The translations under genes were made by a program, and so were the position numbers. The notes under the pieces are model-generated. The model ran no database searches, had not been told where the DNA came from, and saw nothing but the letters and a program-made list of their open reading frames with translations. Shown here piece after piece: positions 61,932 to 64,000 of a stretch of DNA of 64,000 nucleotides (the stretch's first letter is position 1; each line of letters begins with the position of its first letter). Origin of the DNA: Lama guanicoe (lineage: Eukaryota). The DNA lies in NCBI GenBank assembly GCA_013239625.1, contig MU054220.1:5440626-5504625 (forward strand), written 5' to 3'.

Positions 61932-61948
61932 ACAGGACTTAGGAACCA

Positions 61949-62140
61949 AATTAAAGAGATTTCCACTGGCTAGGTTTAAGATAATCTGAGCATTAGTAAT
62001 AATCACAGAAATAGACTGTACGAATCAGATACATTTAAATCTATGAATTCATAATGATACTATAAATGAAAATCTTATTAATCATCTTCAGAGGATTCTA
62101 GGAATCAAATCATTATTTTGAAAACTGATAAATTAGAGAA
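61949..62140 (+). mobile_element. L1MC-like 3' fragment (host of the previous insertion)
   Basis: aaagagatttccactggctagg...ataatctgagcat...aatctatgaattcataatgatact...gaatcaaatcattattttgaaaactg. Confidence 0.7.
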
Positions 62141-62309
62141 AAGAATTAAGTATTTGTCCTCATTTTTCTTTAGGACTATACAAGAGCATAACCAAACAGT
62201 TACTGAATAGTTGTTTTTATTTAGCATTTTAGCTAATAAATGAAGAAGAGATTGTAGAATTGGAATACTTCCATTTTTCAACTTTACTGGCATTACTGGC
62301 ATTACTGTC

Positions 62310-62890
62310 CATACAAGAACACTTGGGGATATATTTTGTTATTATTTCTATTTTATATATTAGGAAAGTTGAAGGTGTGAGAATTGGGCATTTTATTCAA
62401 GGTCATGATGCACTAAGAGGCCAAAACCTGAGACTCTGTCCTCTGAGCGCATGCTCCATGGGGGCTAACTCTCTTTTCGAATACCTATAAACCCTTCTGA
62501 AACGCTTCTCAAATTTTCTGTCTGTGTGGGAGTACTGAAAATACAGTATGTATAGTGAAGCGAAAAGACTTGCAGGCTCTGGACCCATGCTCCTTGATTC
62601 ACTTATTCAGTTCATCCATTCAATAGCTTGTATGCCTGTCAGTTAACTAACCTCTCTGTGTCTAGGTTTGGAAATAGTCATAATACCTTCTGTTGTGGGA
62701 ATTGAATGAGTTGACACATGAAAGGCACCTTAAAAGGATATCAGGTGGTGGGAGATATTCTATAAATGGGCAAAGCTATAAATGGCAACAGATGAGGAAG
62801 CCGAAGCTCAGAGAGGTGGATGGCATTGCTGTTTGCACTCAGGTCATCCAATTCCAAATCTGGCTTTCTGGCTACTTTCTAGCTACTACT
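62310..62890. mobile_element. Cluster of three MIR fragments (-, +, -)
   Basis: attattctattttat...aggaaagttgaagg-type core at ~62340; aacctctctgtgtctaggttt...ttgtgggaattgaatgagt; acagatgaggaagccgaagctcagagagg. Confidence 0.75.
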
Positions 62891-63129
62891 TTTCCCAACT
62901 TTAAATACAGATCTGCTTTCTGATCTATGAGGAATTCCTAGGCCGTTTTGCCCAGGAACGTCCTAATCCAGTTTGAAAACTCTTCCTGTCATTTATATTT
63001 TCAATATCCTTTCCAGATTGTAGGACCTCTGAAATGAGAACCCCTTTCCTCACCTAGTCTTGCTCAGCAGAGAATGTGCCCTGTTCTACTTGGCTTAAAA
63101 AAAAACAAAACAAAAAACTGAGTCTGGGA

Positions 63130-63845
63130 AGTCTTATCGAGATATAATTTCGACACCATAAAATCCATCCTTCACCTAGTTCAATTATACAGTTCAATTG
63201 GATTTTAGTATATTTACAGAGTTGTACAACCATCATCGCAATCTGCTTTTAGAACATTTCCATCAACCTAAAAAGAAACCTCTCATCCATTTATAGTCAT
63301 TCCCCATTTCCATCCCCAGACCTGAATGACTCCTATTTCTGTCTCTATAGATTTGTCTTTTCTCGACCTTCTATATACATAGATCATATAATATGTGCTT
63401 TTTAATGTCTTGCTTTTTTCATTGAGCATAACATATTTGAAGTCCATCATGTTTAAGTGTATATAAGTATTTCTGTTGCTTTTTATTGCCAAACAGTATT
63501 CCTTTGAGTGGATATATACATTTTGTTTCTCTGTTCACCAATTGATGAACATTTGAATTATTTCCACTTTTTGGTTATTGTGAATAATGTTACTGTGAAC
63601 ATCTCTGTACAGGTCTCTGTGTAGATGTATATTTTTATTTCTCCTGGGTAATACCTAGGAGTGGAACTCTTGTGTCACATGGTAACTGTGCATTTAACTT
63701 CTAAGGAAACTGCCAAGGAGTTTTCCAAAGTGGTATCACCATTGTATATTCTCAACAGCAATATAGGATGGTTTTAATTCCTCGATGCCATTGCTGACTC
63801 TGATTTTGTGTGGTTTATAACCATTTTCAGTGGATAATGGTGGAA
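63130..63845 (-). mobile_element. L1MB7/8-like 3' end
   Basis: ttatcgagatataattt...agtatatttacagagttgtacaaccatc...ctgtctctatagatttgtctttt...aatacctaggagtggaact. Confidence 0.85.
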
Positions 63846-64000
63846 TGGGCATTTCTACGAAGGCTCTAATCCAAACTAGAAACATAGCTGAGTCTTAGTA
63901 TCTTTATTCCTTTATTTTAACCTTTTTCCTGCTTTAGACACTTCAGAGGGTTCAAGACCCATCTGGACCCGTCAGTCCCACTTTTCAGCAGGATTCCAGC

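Noticed and set aside
62283..62307. Short tandem ttactggca repeat (about 2.7 copies)
   Set aside because: Trivial slippage duplication
1..64000. CRISPR array, operon-like system, NUMT, rRNA/snRNA genes, CpG island
   Set aside because: Mammalian nuclear DNA; by eye I saw no regularly spaced repeats, no mitochondrial or structural-RNA sequence, and CpG is depleted throughout

Overview
AT-rich, CpG-depleted eutherian genomic DNA, most likely camelid (camel/alpaca lineage). That call rests on two tRNA-Ala(AGC)-derived SINEs of Vic-1 type and several young L1 3' ends of a type I associate with camelids. Roughly half the window is recognisable interspersed repeat: L1 of many ages, L2, MIR, CR1/L3, MaLR/ERVL/ERV1 solo LTRs, one deleted ERVL-class provirus (LTR16 + ERV3-16A3-like internal) and small hAT/Tigger DNA transposons. 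I recognise no protein-coding exon, functional RNA gene or CpG island. The listed ORFs are L1/ERV fragments, simple-repeat artefacts or short chance ORFs, so the window looks intergenic or deep intronic. I found no convincing novel biological system. The best-supported points of interest are retrotransposition architecture: a twin-primed inverted L1, a triple L1 nest reusing one target site, an L1 with both termini and two large internal deletions, and a recent tRNA-like SINE with a perfect 18-bp TSD. There are also several unexplained exon-like and enhancer-like unique segments. Repeat family names come from my recollection of consensus sequences, not from a database search, and most repeat boundaries are approximate (about +/-20 bp).
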